The notes under the pieces were generated by a model that saw nothing but the letters and a program-made list of their open reading frames with translations, searched no databases and was not told the DNA's origin. This document shows positions 25,486 through 35,390 of a stretch of DNA of 64,000 nucleotides, one piece after another. How positions within the stretch are numbered: position 1 is the stretch's first letter; each line of letters opens with the position of its first letter. This DNA comes from a virus (Duplodnaviria; Caudoviricetes): positions 1 through 64,000 of IMG/VR virus record IMGVR_UViG_3300013232_000197. One strand, written 5' to 3'. The position numbers and the translations under genes were made by a program.

Positions 25486-26793
25486 ATGAATTCACGCAAT
25501 CCAAACACGGCCAAAACATTGGCCAAAAAATACTCATTGGCTACTTCGTCTAAACGAGCACATTCTGTCTTTGTGGGCAGTGTGCCAACCGAAATAGTCA
25601 ACGACATTGTAAACGCAACTCTTTTTCATGCTTATGAGAAGTTGAATCAGAAAGTTCGGGAGCAATGGTTACGAACAAAGAGGGTTCCTCGGGAGTATGA
25701 GGAACTTATTCGGCTGAAACAGCCGGGAAGAAAACGATTTCCAATGAATTTTGAAACGGATAGCATAAAGGGTGTCAATCCCCAACTATTGGCGGAATGG
25801 AAGAACAAAGTGGTGTGCATGGACTGCGTTGAAGGTATGAGGCAACTGCCCGAGGCATGTACCGATTTAGTTGTATTTTCTCCACCATACGATGCTTTGC
25901 GGACATATGAAGGGAAGCCAGAATTCGACCTCCATCGCACGGGAGAGCAAGTGTACCGCATTCTTAAAGATGGTGGTATGTGTGCTATGGTCATTCAAGA
26001 CCAGACCAAGGATTTTGGAAAATCCATGACCAGCTTCAAGACTGCGGTAGATTGGGTTGAACGTTTTGGATTCAAACTTTTTGAATGCGTTATCTATCAT
26101 AAGAATGGCACCGAGGGAGCGTGGTGGAAGAATAGGTTTCGGGTTGACCACGAGTACATCTTTCTCTTTTTGAAGGGCGCACGTCCACTCTATTTCAATA
26201 AAGAGCCGTTGAAGATTCTGAGCAAGCATGGTGGAAAGGTCATGAGTGGTTTCGCTACTCGCAAAACCAACGGGAAAACTAACAAGTCTATCACCAAGAT
26301 GATTAACCCAACCAAGTGTCGTGGAACGGTGTGGGACTATATGTGTGCAGGCGACAAGAATAAAATCAAACGACAACATCCCGCCCCGTTTCCGGACAAA
26401 ATTCCCTATGACTTGATTCAATGTTTCTGCCCCGAAGGTGGATTGGTAATTGACCCATATATGGGAAGCGGATCAACCGCTGTGGCAGCGATAAAGCTTA
26501 ATAAGTCATTTATGGGGTTTGACATATCTCAGAACTACATTACTGAGATTTCCGAAAAGAGAATTGCCGAGGCATACGCTCAGTTGAAGGAACCGCTCGC
26601 CATCTCTCCGGTAATGGATGATGCCGATGCATTGACTGCCAAAGCGGGTGGCATCTGCCAAACAGTCATTGACCTTATGGACAGCAATCTCACAGAAGAC
26701 GAGAAGAAATCTATACTTAAACAGTTTGAAACTTTAACAAAAGAAACCTTAATTCAAATCAATGATAACTCAAACACAAATTCTAGCGAGTAG
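25486..26793 (+). CDS. DNA methyltransferase, beta class, with N- and C-terminal extensions
   Basis: FSPPY, HPAPFP, DPYMGSGS; TAG stop. Confidence 0.9.
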   Translation: MNSRNPNTAKTLAKKYSLATSSKRAHSVFVGSVPTEIVNDIVNATLFHAYEKLNQKVREQWLRTKRVPREYEELIRLKQPGRKRFPMNFETDSIKGVNPQLLAEWKNKVVCMDCVEGMRQLPEACTDLVVFSPPYDALRTYEGKPEFDLHRTGEQVYRILKDGGMCAMVIQDQTKDFGKSMTSFKTAVDWVERFGFKLFECVIYHKNGTEGAWWKNRFRVDHEYIFLFLKGARPLYFNKEPLKILSKHGGKVMSGFATRKTNGKTNKSITKMINPTKCRGTVWDYMCAGDKNKIKRQHPAPFPDKIPYDLIQCFCPEGGLVIDPYMGSGSTAVAAIKLNKSFMGFDISQNYITEISEKRIAEAYAQLKEPLAISPVMDDADALTAKAGGICQTVIDLMDSNLTEDEKKSILKQFETLTKETLIQINDNSNTNSSE

Positions 26794-27787
26794 GCCATGG
26801 TTGCAAGACCTCAAAAACGGTAAAGGATGTGACATTGTAATTGGTCCAGATGCCGATGGATGGATGTCGGGGTTGTATCTCACTAATATGGGAGCAACTG
26901 TACGAGGATTTTACAATAACCGTCAATTAGTTGTTTCATCCGACTGTGATAGAAATGAGCTTAAGTACATAGATGTAGATATAAAACTTCCCTCTGTCGT
27001 TTCAGTGGGACATCACATCACGTCGTATTCTAAAAAAAATAGTGTGGCGTCGTCGTATCACCCACAGGGAATTCACATCAATGACATGTATTCGGTAGTT
27101 GTTAAGGATAAGGATCCCAAGAAAAGTTTTTCATATAAGTATCCCCTCAACACCACGTTATGGTTTTTGTGGCTTTTTGAATATGATATAGCATCTTTTA
27201 CGGATGCTCAAAAAGACTACATACTTCAAGCCGATGGGGTTAGCAATAACAATTGGAATTACGGTCATTCGGTTCGGCATTGGATATACACGGCGTTTCC
27301 TTCTTTAGAAGAAATGTTTATATTCAAAACTCATAACCTGTTGGACCATTCCAAATACCTTTGTGAATACCGTGAACTTCGCAAACAGCACATTGAAACT
27401 CAAGCCGATGGTCAAGGCAAAGGAATTGAAAAGGTAAAGGTTCTGGCGGCTGATGACAAAGGAAACTTCACACTTAATCAATTAGGTTATCTCAAAGCCC
27501 TTGGTGAAAGTATTGGGTTTCCGTTCATTGAAGAGCGGTGGAAATGCTGGTCAAATATGAATACACATTCATTTTGGTCGAGGCATTTCAAACGATGTAC
27601 TGTTACATTCTCTCAGCGAATCATTCATAGTCCAAAGTCAATTTCTCTGGTGTTTTCAAACACTGCTGGAGAGTATGATTTTACATGGACGACACCCCCA
27701 CGTATTAACGCTGCGTTTGGTATTGACAAACCCCCCCGTCGTGTGATAAGCTACTCTCTACTAAGTCTCCATAGTGGAGAAAACTGA
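26762..27787 (+). CDS. DHH-superfamily-like phosphoesterase
   Basis: IGPDADG, YIDVD, GHH, ADG motifs; overlaps the methyltransferase end. Confidence 0.55.
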   Translation: MITQTQILASRPWLQDLKNGKGCDIVIGPDADGWMSGLYLTNMGATVRGFYNNRQLVVSSDCDRNELKYIDVDIKLPSVVSVGHHITSYSKKNSVASSYHPQGIHINDMYSVVVKDKDPKKSFSYKYPLNTTLWFLWLFEYDIASFTDAQKDYILQADGVSNNNWNYGHSVRHWIYTAFPSLEEMFIFKTHNLLDHSKYLCEYRELRKQHIETQADGQGKGIEKVKVLAADDKGNFTLNQLGYLKALGESIGFPFIEERWKCWSNMNTHSFWSRHFKRCTVTFSQRIIHSPKSISLVFSNTAGEYDFTWTTPPRINAAFGIDKPPRRVISYSLLSLHSGEN

Positions 27788-27817
27788 AATCAGTTCAAAT
27801 CAAACAGAAATACAGTT

Positions 27818-28003
27818 ATGACAAAATCAAAACAACAGAGATTCGGTTTGTTCTATCGTTCTAATGGACGCTGGACTGGCCCCTATGCGGGTATGTCCTT
27901 CACCGCCTTCTCCCTCAAGCGAAACCCTGTCAAGGGTGACGTGAGTTGGTTGAAGAATTACATTCTCAAGTCCCGCATTCAGTTGCGGGCCGTTGAGGCG
28001 TAA
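27818..28003 (+). CDS. Hypothetical protein
   Basis: 61-aa ORF. Confidence 0.6.
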   Translation: MTKSKQQRFGLFYRSNGRWTGPYAGMSFTAFSLKRNPVKGDVSWLKNYILKSRIQLRAVEA

Positions 28004-28019
28004 TCTGCGGAAGAACAAC

Positions 28020-28331
28020 GTGAATAATCAAACCACGTCCATAGTCAACCTTCGGCATCACCAAGCCGAAGTCAACTGTGGACGTGGTTCTCTTTTTGGC
28101 AACCCCTTCTCCCATGATCGCCTTGGCATCACACGAGACGAATGTTGTGAAAAGTTCGTTCCCTACTTCTATAAAAAGTTGCAGAATCCTGAGTTTCGTG
28201 CTAAGATATTGGCGTTGAAGGGACGAAAACTTGGTTGCTGGTGTAGATGTCTTCCCCACTGTGGAAATCCCAAATGTAAGTCACACCGCTGTCATCTGGA
28301 AACGATAGTCAACTACCTAGATAAGCAATGA
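28020..28331 (+). CDS. DUF4326-like protein
   Basis: GRGSLFGNPF, LKGRKLGCWC, CHLETI. Confidence 0.85.
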   Translation: MNNQTTSIVNLRHHQAEVNCGRGSLFGNPFSHDRLGITRDECCEKFVPYFYKKLQNPEFRAKILALKGRKLGCWCRCLPHCGNPKCKSHRCHLETIVNYLDKQ

Positions 28332-28391
28332 AATGTCCGTGTCTGATAAATAAAATCATCTATTTTCATTGGTGTGGTATATTTATACCAT

Positions 28392-29063
28392 ATGAAGGAA
28401 TATTCTAAAACCTGTCCGCTTTGCAAACATAAGCAAGTGTATTCAGATGAATATCATTTGAAAAGGGCAATAAATACCAATGCTTTATGTGTTAATTGTT
28501 CTCGTCACTTACCATCGAAAAAGAAGCAAAATTTAAGTGGTAATGTCTATGGACACTTGAAAGTTATTGTTTTAGACCACATCAAAAATGGACATCAATA
28601 TTGGAAATGTAAATGTGATTGTGGAACTGAAACTGTAGTTAAACATTCTCATCTTACAGGTCACACGGTCAGAACATGTGGGTGTAGTCATTTAGTATTA
28701 CAGGATAAGCATCCACATTGGAAAGGATATAAGGAAATATCTGGTGCTTATTTCAGTGTTGTGAAACGAAGTGCAAAAAAGAGAAATCTTCCATTTGATT
28801 TGACTATCGAAGAAATGTGGAGTATTTTTGAAAAGCAAAATCGAAGATGTGCATTGACTGGCGAATTACTCGAATTCAACAAATGTTTGCGAAGTACTAA
28901 CGGAACCGCATCATTGGATAGAATAGATAGTTCCAAGGGATATACCATTGGCAATGTTCAATGGGTGCATAAGTTCATAAATACTATGAAACAGGATTTA
29001 ACAGAAAAAGAATTTGCGAGATATTGCCAAATGGTTGTTGATTTCCGAAAGGATTTATTATGA
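28392..29063 (+). CDS. Homing endonuclease-like protein (HNH/His-Cys type)
   Basis: WKCKCDCG, SLDRIDSSKGY..GNVQWV...N.MK. Confidence 0.85.
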   Translation: MKEYSKTCPLCKHKQVYSDEYHLKRAINTNALCVNCSRHLPSKKKQNLSGNVYGHLKVIVLDHIKNGHQYWKCKCDCGTETVVKHSHLTGHTVRTCGCSHLVLQDKHPHWKGYKEISGAYFSVVKRSAKKRNLPFDLTIEEMWSIFEKQNRRCALTGELLEFNKCLRSTNGTASLDRIDSSKGYTIGNVQWVHKFINTMKQDLTEKEFARYCQMVVDFRKDLL

Positions 29064-29791
29064 AGCCACAACTTATCATATTACTGCGCCACGGACAATC
29101 ACAGGGCAACGTGGACCGAAACATTTACCAAACGCTTCCTGATTATGCTTTGCAGTTGACCGAACTTGGGCAACAACAAGCAGAAGAGGCGGGGTCCAAA
29201 ATCCACTCTATCATTGGATTCCCACATCAATCCATTCAGTTCTATGTCTCTCCCTTCTGGCGCACTCGTCAGACTTACCTTGCTATCAAAAAGCAGCTTT
29301 CTTCCAGTAAGGTTAGATATTATGAAGACCCTCGCTTGCGAGAACAAGAGTGGAGCCGCTCGGTATCTCGTCCAGTGGATGAAGCAGAACGTGATAGTTA
29401 TGGTCATTTCTACTATCGTTTCAATGGCGGAGAATCCTGTGCGGATACCTTTGATCGGGTGAGTGATTTCATGGGCACAATGTACCGTGATTTCAAGAAG
29501 AAAGAGTTTCCTCGCAATGCCATTGTGGTAACACACGGAATGACGATGCGCCTGTTTATCATGCGATGGTTTCATTGCTCAGTGGAAGAGTTTGAATCGT
29601 GGGCCAATCCAAAGAACTGTGAGTTTTTTGTATTGCAACTTCAAGAGGGTGAAAAGTATGAGTTGATGACTCCGTTGCGAAAACACGACATCAAACATCC
29701 CTATCAGTTTCCTTTCAATGGAAATGCTGAACATTTTCCATTCACTCACAAACTGCCTTATGAAAACAAAGACCTCAAGACAGACGAATAA
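29060..29791 (+). CDS. Histidine phosphatase (phosphoglycerate mutase family)
   Basis: RHGQS, SPFWRTRQT, LREQEW, GGES, THG. Confidence 0.92.
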   Translation: MKPQLIILLRHGQSQGNVDRNIYQTLPDYALQLTELGQQQAEEAGSKIHSIIGFPHQSIQFYVSPFWRTRQTYLAIKKQLSSSKVRYYEDPRLREQEWSRSVSRPVDEAERDSYGHFYYRFNGGESCADTFDRVSDFMGTMYRDFKKKEFPRNAIVVTHGMTMRLFIMRWFHCSVEEFESWANPKNCEFFVLQLQEGEKYELMTPLRKHDIKHPYQFPFNGNAEHFPFTHKLPYENKDLKTDE

Positions 29792-29812
29792 AAATTTACT
29801 GAGTCGAAAACA

Positions 29813-30148
29813 ATGAAAAATACATTTGGAAAATCGCTATCCGCTGAACGGCTGGAAGAACTACTGGAAAATAATCCTTCAGCCCGCAGAAAAGTCTCAA
29901 CCCTTCTCAGCACCTATACCAATCACTTGTTGTTGGTTACTCAAGCAAAAAATCCTAGCACGGTGAGACTGTGTATGGATTTGTTGCGTGATTACACATT
30001 GAATAGGGTGGACATAAAGGTGAACCTCAGTCCTGATATTCGTACTTATACCAAAAACGTCATTATTGCTCGTTACCGAGCGTTTCGCCACGGGTTTGAT
30101 ACGGTATCCAAGATGATGAAGCGTTTGGAGGACGATAATACTCCTTGA
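29813..30148 (+). CDS. Hypothetical protein
   Basis: 111-aa ORF. Confidence 0.6.
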   Translation: MKNTFGKSLSAERLEELLENNPSARRKVSTLLSTYTNHLLLVTQAKNPSTVRLCMDLLRDYTLNRVDIKVNLSPDIRTYTKNVIIARYRAFRHGFDTVSKMMKRLEDDNTP

Positions 30149-30181
30149 CATTTTCACTTACATCTGTTACCTTGTACTCTT

Positions 30182-30391
30182 ATGGATTTATACTACATCA
30201 AAGCAAAGATTAGCGTTCGTGTGGAGGGGATTTCAGGTCCGTTTAATGAAACCCTTTCAGCATTGGTTCGTGGCGTTTCTACCGAAAATGCAAAGGTCAA
30301 GTTTGAGGCGTATGTCAAACAGCATTATGCTCATATGCAAGCCAGGAAAATAGATTTTGAATATCTCGAAGTGGCGGGTGAAATCAAATAA
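30182..30391 (+). CDS. Hypothetical protein
   Basis: 69-aa ORF after TTGACA promoter. Confidence 0.65.
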   Translation: MDLYYIKAKISVRVEGISGPFNETLSALVRGVSTENAKVKFEAYVKQHYAHMQARKIDFEYLEVAGEIK

Positions 30392-30406
30392 CCATCAAAT
30401 ACGCAA

Positions 30407-31036
30407 ATGACTCTGCGACAACTACTTAAATCGGTTGACCTTGATAAGGTATTCGTTCTAATCAATAAGAAGGATAGCAAGGACATCGCAAGGCGTCCTA
30501 CAATGGAGCAGACGACTTTTTCATATAGGAAAGTTGTTAATGAATTGTTGGATAAGCCCCAGACACGAAAATATCACTTGCCTATCCTCGTAAAGTGGAG
30601 TGAGGACTGGTACGATCATCATAAGTACCCTGATGTTTGTTTTCTCAATCCCAAGCATGTTGCTCCACCCAAGGGATACAAACCTTGGGGTGGAAACAAG
30701 AACATGCCGCCCAAGCATTACAACTGCAATCTCAATAAGTATAATAAAACGTTTGCGATGGGGTTTACTTCGTGGAGCAAAATCATTGATACTCCCGTGG
30801 TGAATGATGGTGAGTTTTCCTATGAGCAATTAGCTGCTGAAATCCTGTGGGAACTTACCTTCTACGGATGGACCGAGAAAACGGTTGACGTGCAGGTGAA
30901 AAAAATCGAAGGCAAAATAAAAAAGGCAATGAAAGAAGTGAAGGCGGGTAAATACGTTGAACTTCCTCCTAAAAAGAAGGATAAATATAAAATTGTCATT
31001 CCTAATTGTCTTGTCAAACAACTCACCAGAAAATAA
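30407..31036 (+). CDS. Hypothetical protein
   Basis: 209-aa ORF, AEILWELTFYG motif. Confidence 0.7.
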   Translation: MTLRQLLKSVDLDKVFVLINKKDSKDIARRPTMEQTTFSYRKVVNELLDKPQTRKYHLPILVKWSEDWYDHHKYPDVCFLNPKHVAPPKGYKPWGGNKNMPPKHYNCNLNKYNKTFAMGFTSWSKIIDTPVVNDGEFSYEQLAAEILWELTFYGWTEKTVDVQVKKIEGKIKKAMKEVKAGKYVELPPKKKDKYKIVIPNCLVKQLTRK

Positions 31037-31100
31037 GATGTTAGAGACTTGATAAAATAAGGTCTTGACAAGTTGGCCTTCGTAGTTTAGAATGTGTGCC

Positions 31101-32114
31101 ATGATTAAGACAGATTGGTATCAGGTTCTTGAAGTTAATCCCCGAGCTAGACCCGAAGTGATTACTGCGGCGTACCATGCTCTGATGAAACAACATCATC
31201 CCGACGTTGACCACGCTACGGTTGGTGTTGTTGCTCGTGATCTCAATGAAGCCCACGATACTTTGACTGACCCTCGCAAGCGTAAGGAGTTTGACCGAGA
31301 GCGTAGTCCGGGTGCTGGCAAGATGATTGGGCCGTACAAGGTACAGGAAATCATTGCCGAAGGCGGATTTGGACGTACCTACAAAGCACAGCATTCCATT
31401 CTCAAAGAGTTGGTTTGCATCAAAGACTGCTCCAATGTTTCTCTCGCCGACACTGGAATGCTTATTGAAGAGTGTAAAGTACTGTGGGATTTGCGTCATT
31501 ATGCCCTTCCTGCTATGCGTGATTTGATACAGTTAGATGACGGTCGGGTGCTGCTTGTTATGAGCTATATTCCCGGTCTAACTTTGGAAAAGGAAGTCAA
31601 GCGAGTCGGTGCATTGGAGCCAGAAACCGTTGCTTGGATTACTGAGCGTATTCTGAATGCTCTTAACTATATCCATCGCCACGGTGTCATTCACGGAGAT
31701 TTGAAGCCCCAGAATATCATTGTGCAAGAAGATCGGCACATGGCGGTCTTGGTGGATTTTGGTCTTTCCTTGGTCAAGCCTTCAAGTGCTTCCGAAGCAA
31801 AAGGATTTACTCCTTACTTTGCCCCTCCCGAAGAGATTGCGGGCAGACCGCTCATTCCTGAGTCTGATTACTACAGTCTTGGAATGACGATGATTTATGC
31901 TTTATCGGGTGGTCCCGAGTACGTAGAGCGAAAGCAAGTACCCAGTGATGTCCCCGATGAACTTTGTGCTTTCATTAAGCGATTGATTGCACGAGATGTA
32001 AACTCCAGACCTCAGTATGGCAAAGAGGATCTTTGTGATACTATTGTGGAGTTGCGAAAGAAAGTGTTTGGACGCCATCGTTCAGGCATGAAACCCATCG
32101 CTGGAGTTAGTTAA
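31101..32114 (+). CDS. DnaJ J-domain + Ser/Thr protein kinase fusion
   Basis: DWYQVLEV...HHPD...LNEAHDTL.DP..R..FD; GEGGFG-like loop, VCIK, HGDLKPQN, DFG, APPE. Confidence 0.92.
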   Translation: MIKTDWYQVLEVNPRARPEVITAAYHALMKQHHPDVDHATVGVVARDLNEAHDTLTDPRKRKEFDRERSPGAGKMIGPYKVQEIIAEGGFGRTYKAQHSILKELVCIKDCSNVSLADTGMLIEECKVLWDLRHYALPAMRDLIQLDDGRVLLVMSYIPGLTLEKEVKRVGALEPETVAWITERILNALNYIHRHGVIHGDLKPQNIIVQEDRHMAVLVDFGLSLVKPSSASEAKGFTPYFAPPEEIAGRPLIPESDYYSLGMTMIYALSGGPEYVERKQVPSDVPDELCAFIKRLIARDVNSRPQYGKEDLCDTIVELRKKVFGRHRSGMKPIAGVS

Positions 32115-32128
32115 CAAAACAAAAACAT

Positions 32129-33127
32129 ATGTCAGAATCAGGCGATTACAATCCGGGTGTCTGGAAAGGACACGACTTCAAAAGTGCTCGTGCAACCTAC
32201 GATGCTTATGTGGGCCGAAGTTATAGCGATGCCGTCGCCGCAGGTAAAGGTACTAAAGACCTTATTGCGGAAAACGTCAAAACCAATAGCTCTGCTCCGC
32301 TTATCATTGTCGTGGATGAAACGGGGTCTATGGGCGACTGGCCCGCAACAATTTTCTCTAAGCTTCCTTACCTTGAAAACGAAGGCAAAGAGTACTTGGG
32401 CGATGATTTTGAGATTTGCTTTATGGCAATCGGGGATGCCTATTGCAGCAATGAAAAGTATCCTTTGCAAGTGCGTCCCTTCGCAAAGGGGCTTGAGCTT
32501 AAAGACCGACTCAAAGAGTTGGTGATCGAGGGCGGGGGTGGTGGACAGACCACAGAAACCTATGAGTTGGCGGCTTTGTTCGCCGCTCAAAAGGTGGAAA
32601 TGCCCAAGGCAGTCAAACCTGTCATTATCTTCATAGGTGATGAACAGTGTTATGATACTATTTCACCCGACCACGCCAAAAAGTTGCTTGGCATAGACCT
32701 TCAAAGGTCGCTCTCTACCGAGGCAGTCTTCAAACAGCTTAAAGATAAGTACTCGGTGTACGTCATCCGTAAGCCCTATGGAAGTTCCTCTGGGAATACG
32801 TTGAGTGAGGAAGATCGTCGCATTTCGGCACACTGGGCACGGCTCATTGGTGATGACCATATCTCCAACTTGCCCGAAGCCAGCCGTGTTGTGGATGTTA
32901 TCTTTGGTATTCTCGCCAAGGAAACTGGTCGTATTGCATACTTTGAACACGAGCTTGAGGACCGTCAGACTACTGATCAAGTCAAGGCTGTGTACAAGTC
33001 GCTGGCGACTATTCACAAGATTCCCGATGCTGTGCGAGCCACGAGTGGAGCGGGCAAATCCGTCCTTCGCAAAAGTATGAAGAAGATTGGGGATGGAAGT
33101 TCCAAGTTGGTCAAACCCTTGATCTAA
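32129..33127 (+). CDS. vWA domain protein
   Basis: DETGSM MIDAS, GGGG...ETYE, IFIGDE. Confidence 0.85.
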   Translation: MSESGDYNPGVWKGHDFKSARATYDAYVGRSYSDAVAAGKGTKDLIAENVKTNSSAPLIIVVDETGSMGDWPATIFSKLPYLENEGKEYLGDDFEICFMAIGDAYCSNEKYPLQVRPFAKGLELKDRLKELVIEGGGGGQTTETYELAALFAAQKVEMPKAVKPVIIFIGDEQCYDTISPDHAKKLLGIDLQRSLSTEAVFKQLKDKYSVYVIRKPYGSSSGNTLSEEDRRISAHWARLIGDDHISNLPEASRVVDVIFGILAKETGRIAYFEHELEDRQTTDQVKAVYKSLATIHKIPDAVRATSGAGKSVLRKSMKKIGDGSSKLVKPLI

Positions 33128-33128
33128 C

Positions 33129-33287
33129 ATGGCTCTTTACCTTTGGTTATTCCGCCACGCTCCGTCGTCGCCACTCTGTTTATGGATGTGGCGACGATAT
33201 GCGGCGGGAATGACGGTAACAAAGCACATGCAACGCCGTAACTGGAAACAAATGTTCATATGGATGCGGGCAACATTGTTAATGTAA
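33129..33287 (+). CDS. 52-aa Trp/Arg-rich ORF overlapping a long hairpin
   Basis: MALYLWLFRHAPSSPLCLWMWRRY...; abuts both neighbours. Confidence 0.4.
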   Translation: MALYLWLFRHAPSSPLCLWMWRRYAAGMTVTKHMQRRNWKQMFIWMRATLLM

Positions 33288-33288
33288 T

Positions 33289-34323
33289 ATGAAAGACCTT
33301 AATCTGTCAGTAACTTTGTGGCCTAGTTTCCCACATTTCCCTACATTCGTTCACGACGAGCGCATAGCTAGCATTCGTTTGAACAGTGCTATGATGAATA
33401 TGGTGGAACTGGACGAGGAACTGGCAAAGATTAAGAAGATGCGTATTGATACGCCGCTCTATTATGACATTAAAGGGCGGCAGCTTAGAATTACGAAAGT
33501 ATTCCTCAACAATGAATACTTGGATATCCGTATCAATCATCCGATTCAGGTTGACACTCCGACCCCGGTTCTTTTCAAAGCCGGGGCGGATGTCGCCTTG
33601 TTGCATGAAGTCACCGATGGTGGTTATCGTTTGAAGTTCCTTGGTGGGCCTAAATACATGGTCAAAGAAGGCGAGTCTCTTCATATCCGTGATGAAAGTC
33701 TCGTTGTCAGTGGCCCTCAGTTTGTTCCTGTAGAACTGGAAAAGATTGAAAAGGTTAAAGCGGCAGGGTTCAAACACTGGTTTCTGTCTTACGTTGAGAA
33801 TCAGAGAGACGTGGACGAGTTTGTTGAACTAGTGGGGGATGATGCAATAATCAACCTAAAGATTGAAAACAAGGCTGGGTTGCATTACGTGGCCAATGAT
33901 TTCAAAAAGAAGCCAAATATCAATTTGGTTGCCGCTCGTGGGGATTTGTATGTGGAAGTGGATAAGCCACACGAAATCTTGGCGGCAGTGAAGTTAATCA
34001 TTGACAAAGACCCTCAAGCTGTGGTAGGATCACGGATACTGTTATCGGTGATTACTGACCCAGTGCCCTCATGTGCTGATTTTCACGAAATGGCGTGGTT
34101 AGTGGACATTGGATACAAAAACTTCATGCTTTGTGATGAACTTTGTTTGAAGGAAGATTTGTTAGCCAGGGCGGTGAATGTATTCCAATCCTTCAAGGAG
34201 TCTTATGGTAAAGATACTGTTGTCGCCGATCCATTGAAAGGATTGGGAGCGAGGACGAATATAGCTCCTAACGCTTTTATTCAATGGTTCTGGAATAGAG
34301 GCGGTAGGTGTCGCAGTGTATGA
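33289..34323 (+). CDS. Pyruvate-kinase-like barrel protein (no C-terminal domain)
   Basis: IRLN, DIKGRQLR, LSYVE...DV, LKIEN..GL, AARGDL..E, MLCDE pattern. Confidence 0.7.
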   Translation: MKDLNLSVTLWPSFPHFPTFVHDERIASIRLNSAMMNMVELDEELAKIKKMRIDTPLYYDIKGRQLRITKVFLNNEYLDIRINHPIQVDTPTPVLFKAGADVALLHEVTDGGYRLKFLGGPKYMVKEGESLHIRDESLVVSGPQFVPVELEKIEKVKAAGFKHWFLSYVENQRDVDEFVELVGDDAIINLKIENKAGLHYVANDFKKKPNINLVAARGDLYVEVDKPHEILAAVKLIIDKDPQAVVGSRILLSVITDPVPSCADFHEMAWLVDIGYKNFMLCDELCLKEDLLARAVNVFQSFKESYGKDTVVADPLKGLGARTNIAPNAFIQWFWNRGGRCRSV

Positions 34324-34511
34324 GCGATGAATTAAAAGAAATGGGTTGTAGCTGTCATACAATGCCTCCATGTAACTTTTGTATGGAATTGACGGAGGAA
34401 GAAGCTACAATACTATGGAATGGTAGTATGAAAGATTTGTGGAAATATTGGCACGAACAAGTGATGAACGAAAATCAGATGGTAACTATATTTGATTATG
34501 AGAGACTTTAA
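34320..34511 (+). CDS. Small Cys-rich hypothetical protein
   Basis: GCSCHTMPPCNFC. Confidence 0.6.
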   Translation: MSDELKEMGCSCHTMPPCNFCMELTEEEATILWNGSMKDLWKYWHEQVMNENQMVTIFDYERL

Positions 34512-34577
34512 TCGAGACGATATTGTTGACTTTTGCTGAGCTATCTGGTATCTTACATGGCAATAATCTCTACACTT

Positions 34578-35381
34578 ATGCAAGACAATCTCGGAGACAG
34601 GATGAAAGGACAATACGAAGACCGCACTCGGTTCTTACTTCCTCGCCGCACATACACAATCATTCGTCTGGATGGCAAAGCATTTCACACGTACGCCCGT
34701 GGATTGCAGAAACCCTTTGACAAGGCTCTCTTTGAGGATATTGACTCAGCCATCATCGCTATGCTTCCTGAGTTACAAGGTGCTGTGTTTGCCTACACGC
34801 AGTCAGACGAGATTAGTGTACTTTTGACTGACTTTGCTGACCCTTCCACCTGTGCGTGGTTTGACGGCAATCTACAGAAAATGTGCTCTGTGGCCGCATC
34901 CATTATGACTGCGGAGTTCAATCGTCTTCGTATAAAGCGAAAACTGACATCGTGTGGATGTTCACTGACTGATGATATTACGCAGATTGAAGTTCCAATG
35001 GCATACTTTGATGCCCGTGTGTTCACTATTCCTGACCGTATTGAAGTAATGAACTATTTCATCTGGCGCAATCAAGATTGCTCTCGTAACAGTGTATCTA
35101 TGGTGGCTCAGTCTTTATTCTCTCACAAGGAGCTTCAAGGCAAGTCCACCAGTGATATGCACGAAATGATGCACCAGCAAAAGAATGTAAACTGGGCAAC
35201 CGATTACTCCGATAGGGAGAAAAATGGTGGATTGATTGTTAAGGATGAGTATCTTGCTCATACTCCAAAATGCACTGAACCAAATCTCCCAGTGAGAACA
35301 CGTTGGGTATCCAAGGGTGCTTGGAAGTTCACTGAGAACAAGGAAAAACTCCTTGGCATGATTCCTCAATATCCTGTATGA
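34578..35381 (+). CDS. thg1: tRNA-His guanylyltransferase Thg1/TLP family
   Basis: IIRLDGKAFH, YTQSDEIS, FDARVF, WRNQDC.RNS. Confidence 0.93.
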   Translation: MQDNLGDRMKGQYEDRTRFLLPRRTYTIIRLDGKAFHTYARGLQKPFDKALFEDIDSAIIAMLPELQGAVFAYTQSDEISVLLTDFADPSTCAWFDGNLQKMCSVAASIMTAEFNRLRIKRKLTSCGCSLTDDITQIEVPMAYFDARVFTIPDRIEVMNYFIWRNQDCSRNSVSMVAQSLFSHKELQGKSTSDMHEMMHQQKNVNWATDYSDREKNGGLIVKDEYLAHTPKCTEPNLPVRTRWVSKGAWKFTENKEKLLGMIPQYPV

Positions 35382-35390
35382 AAGTTTAGT

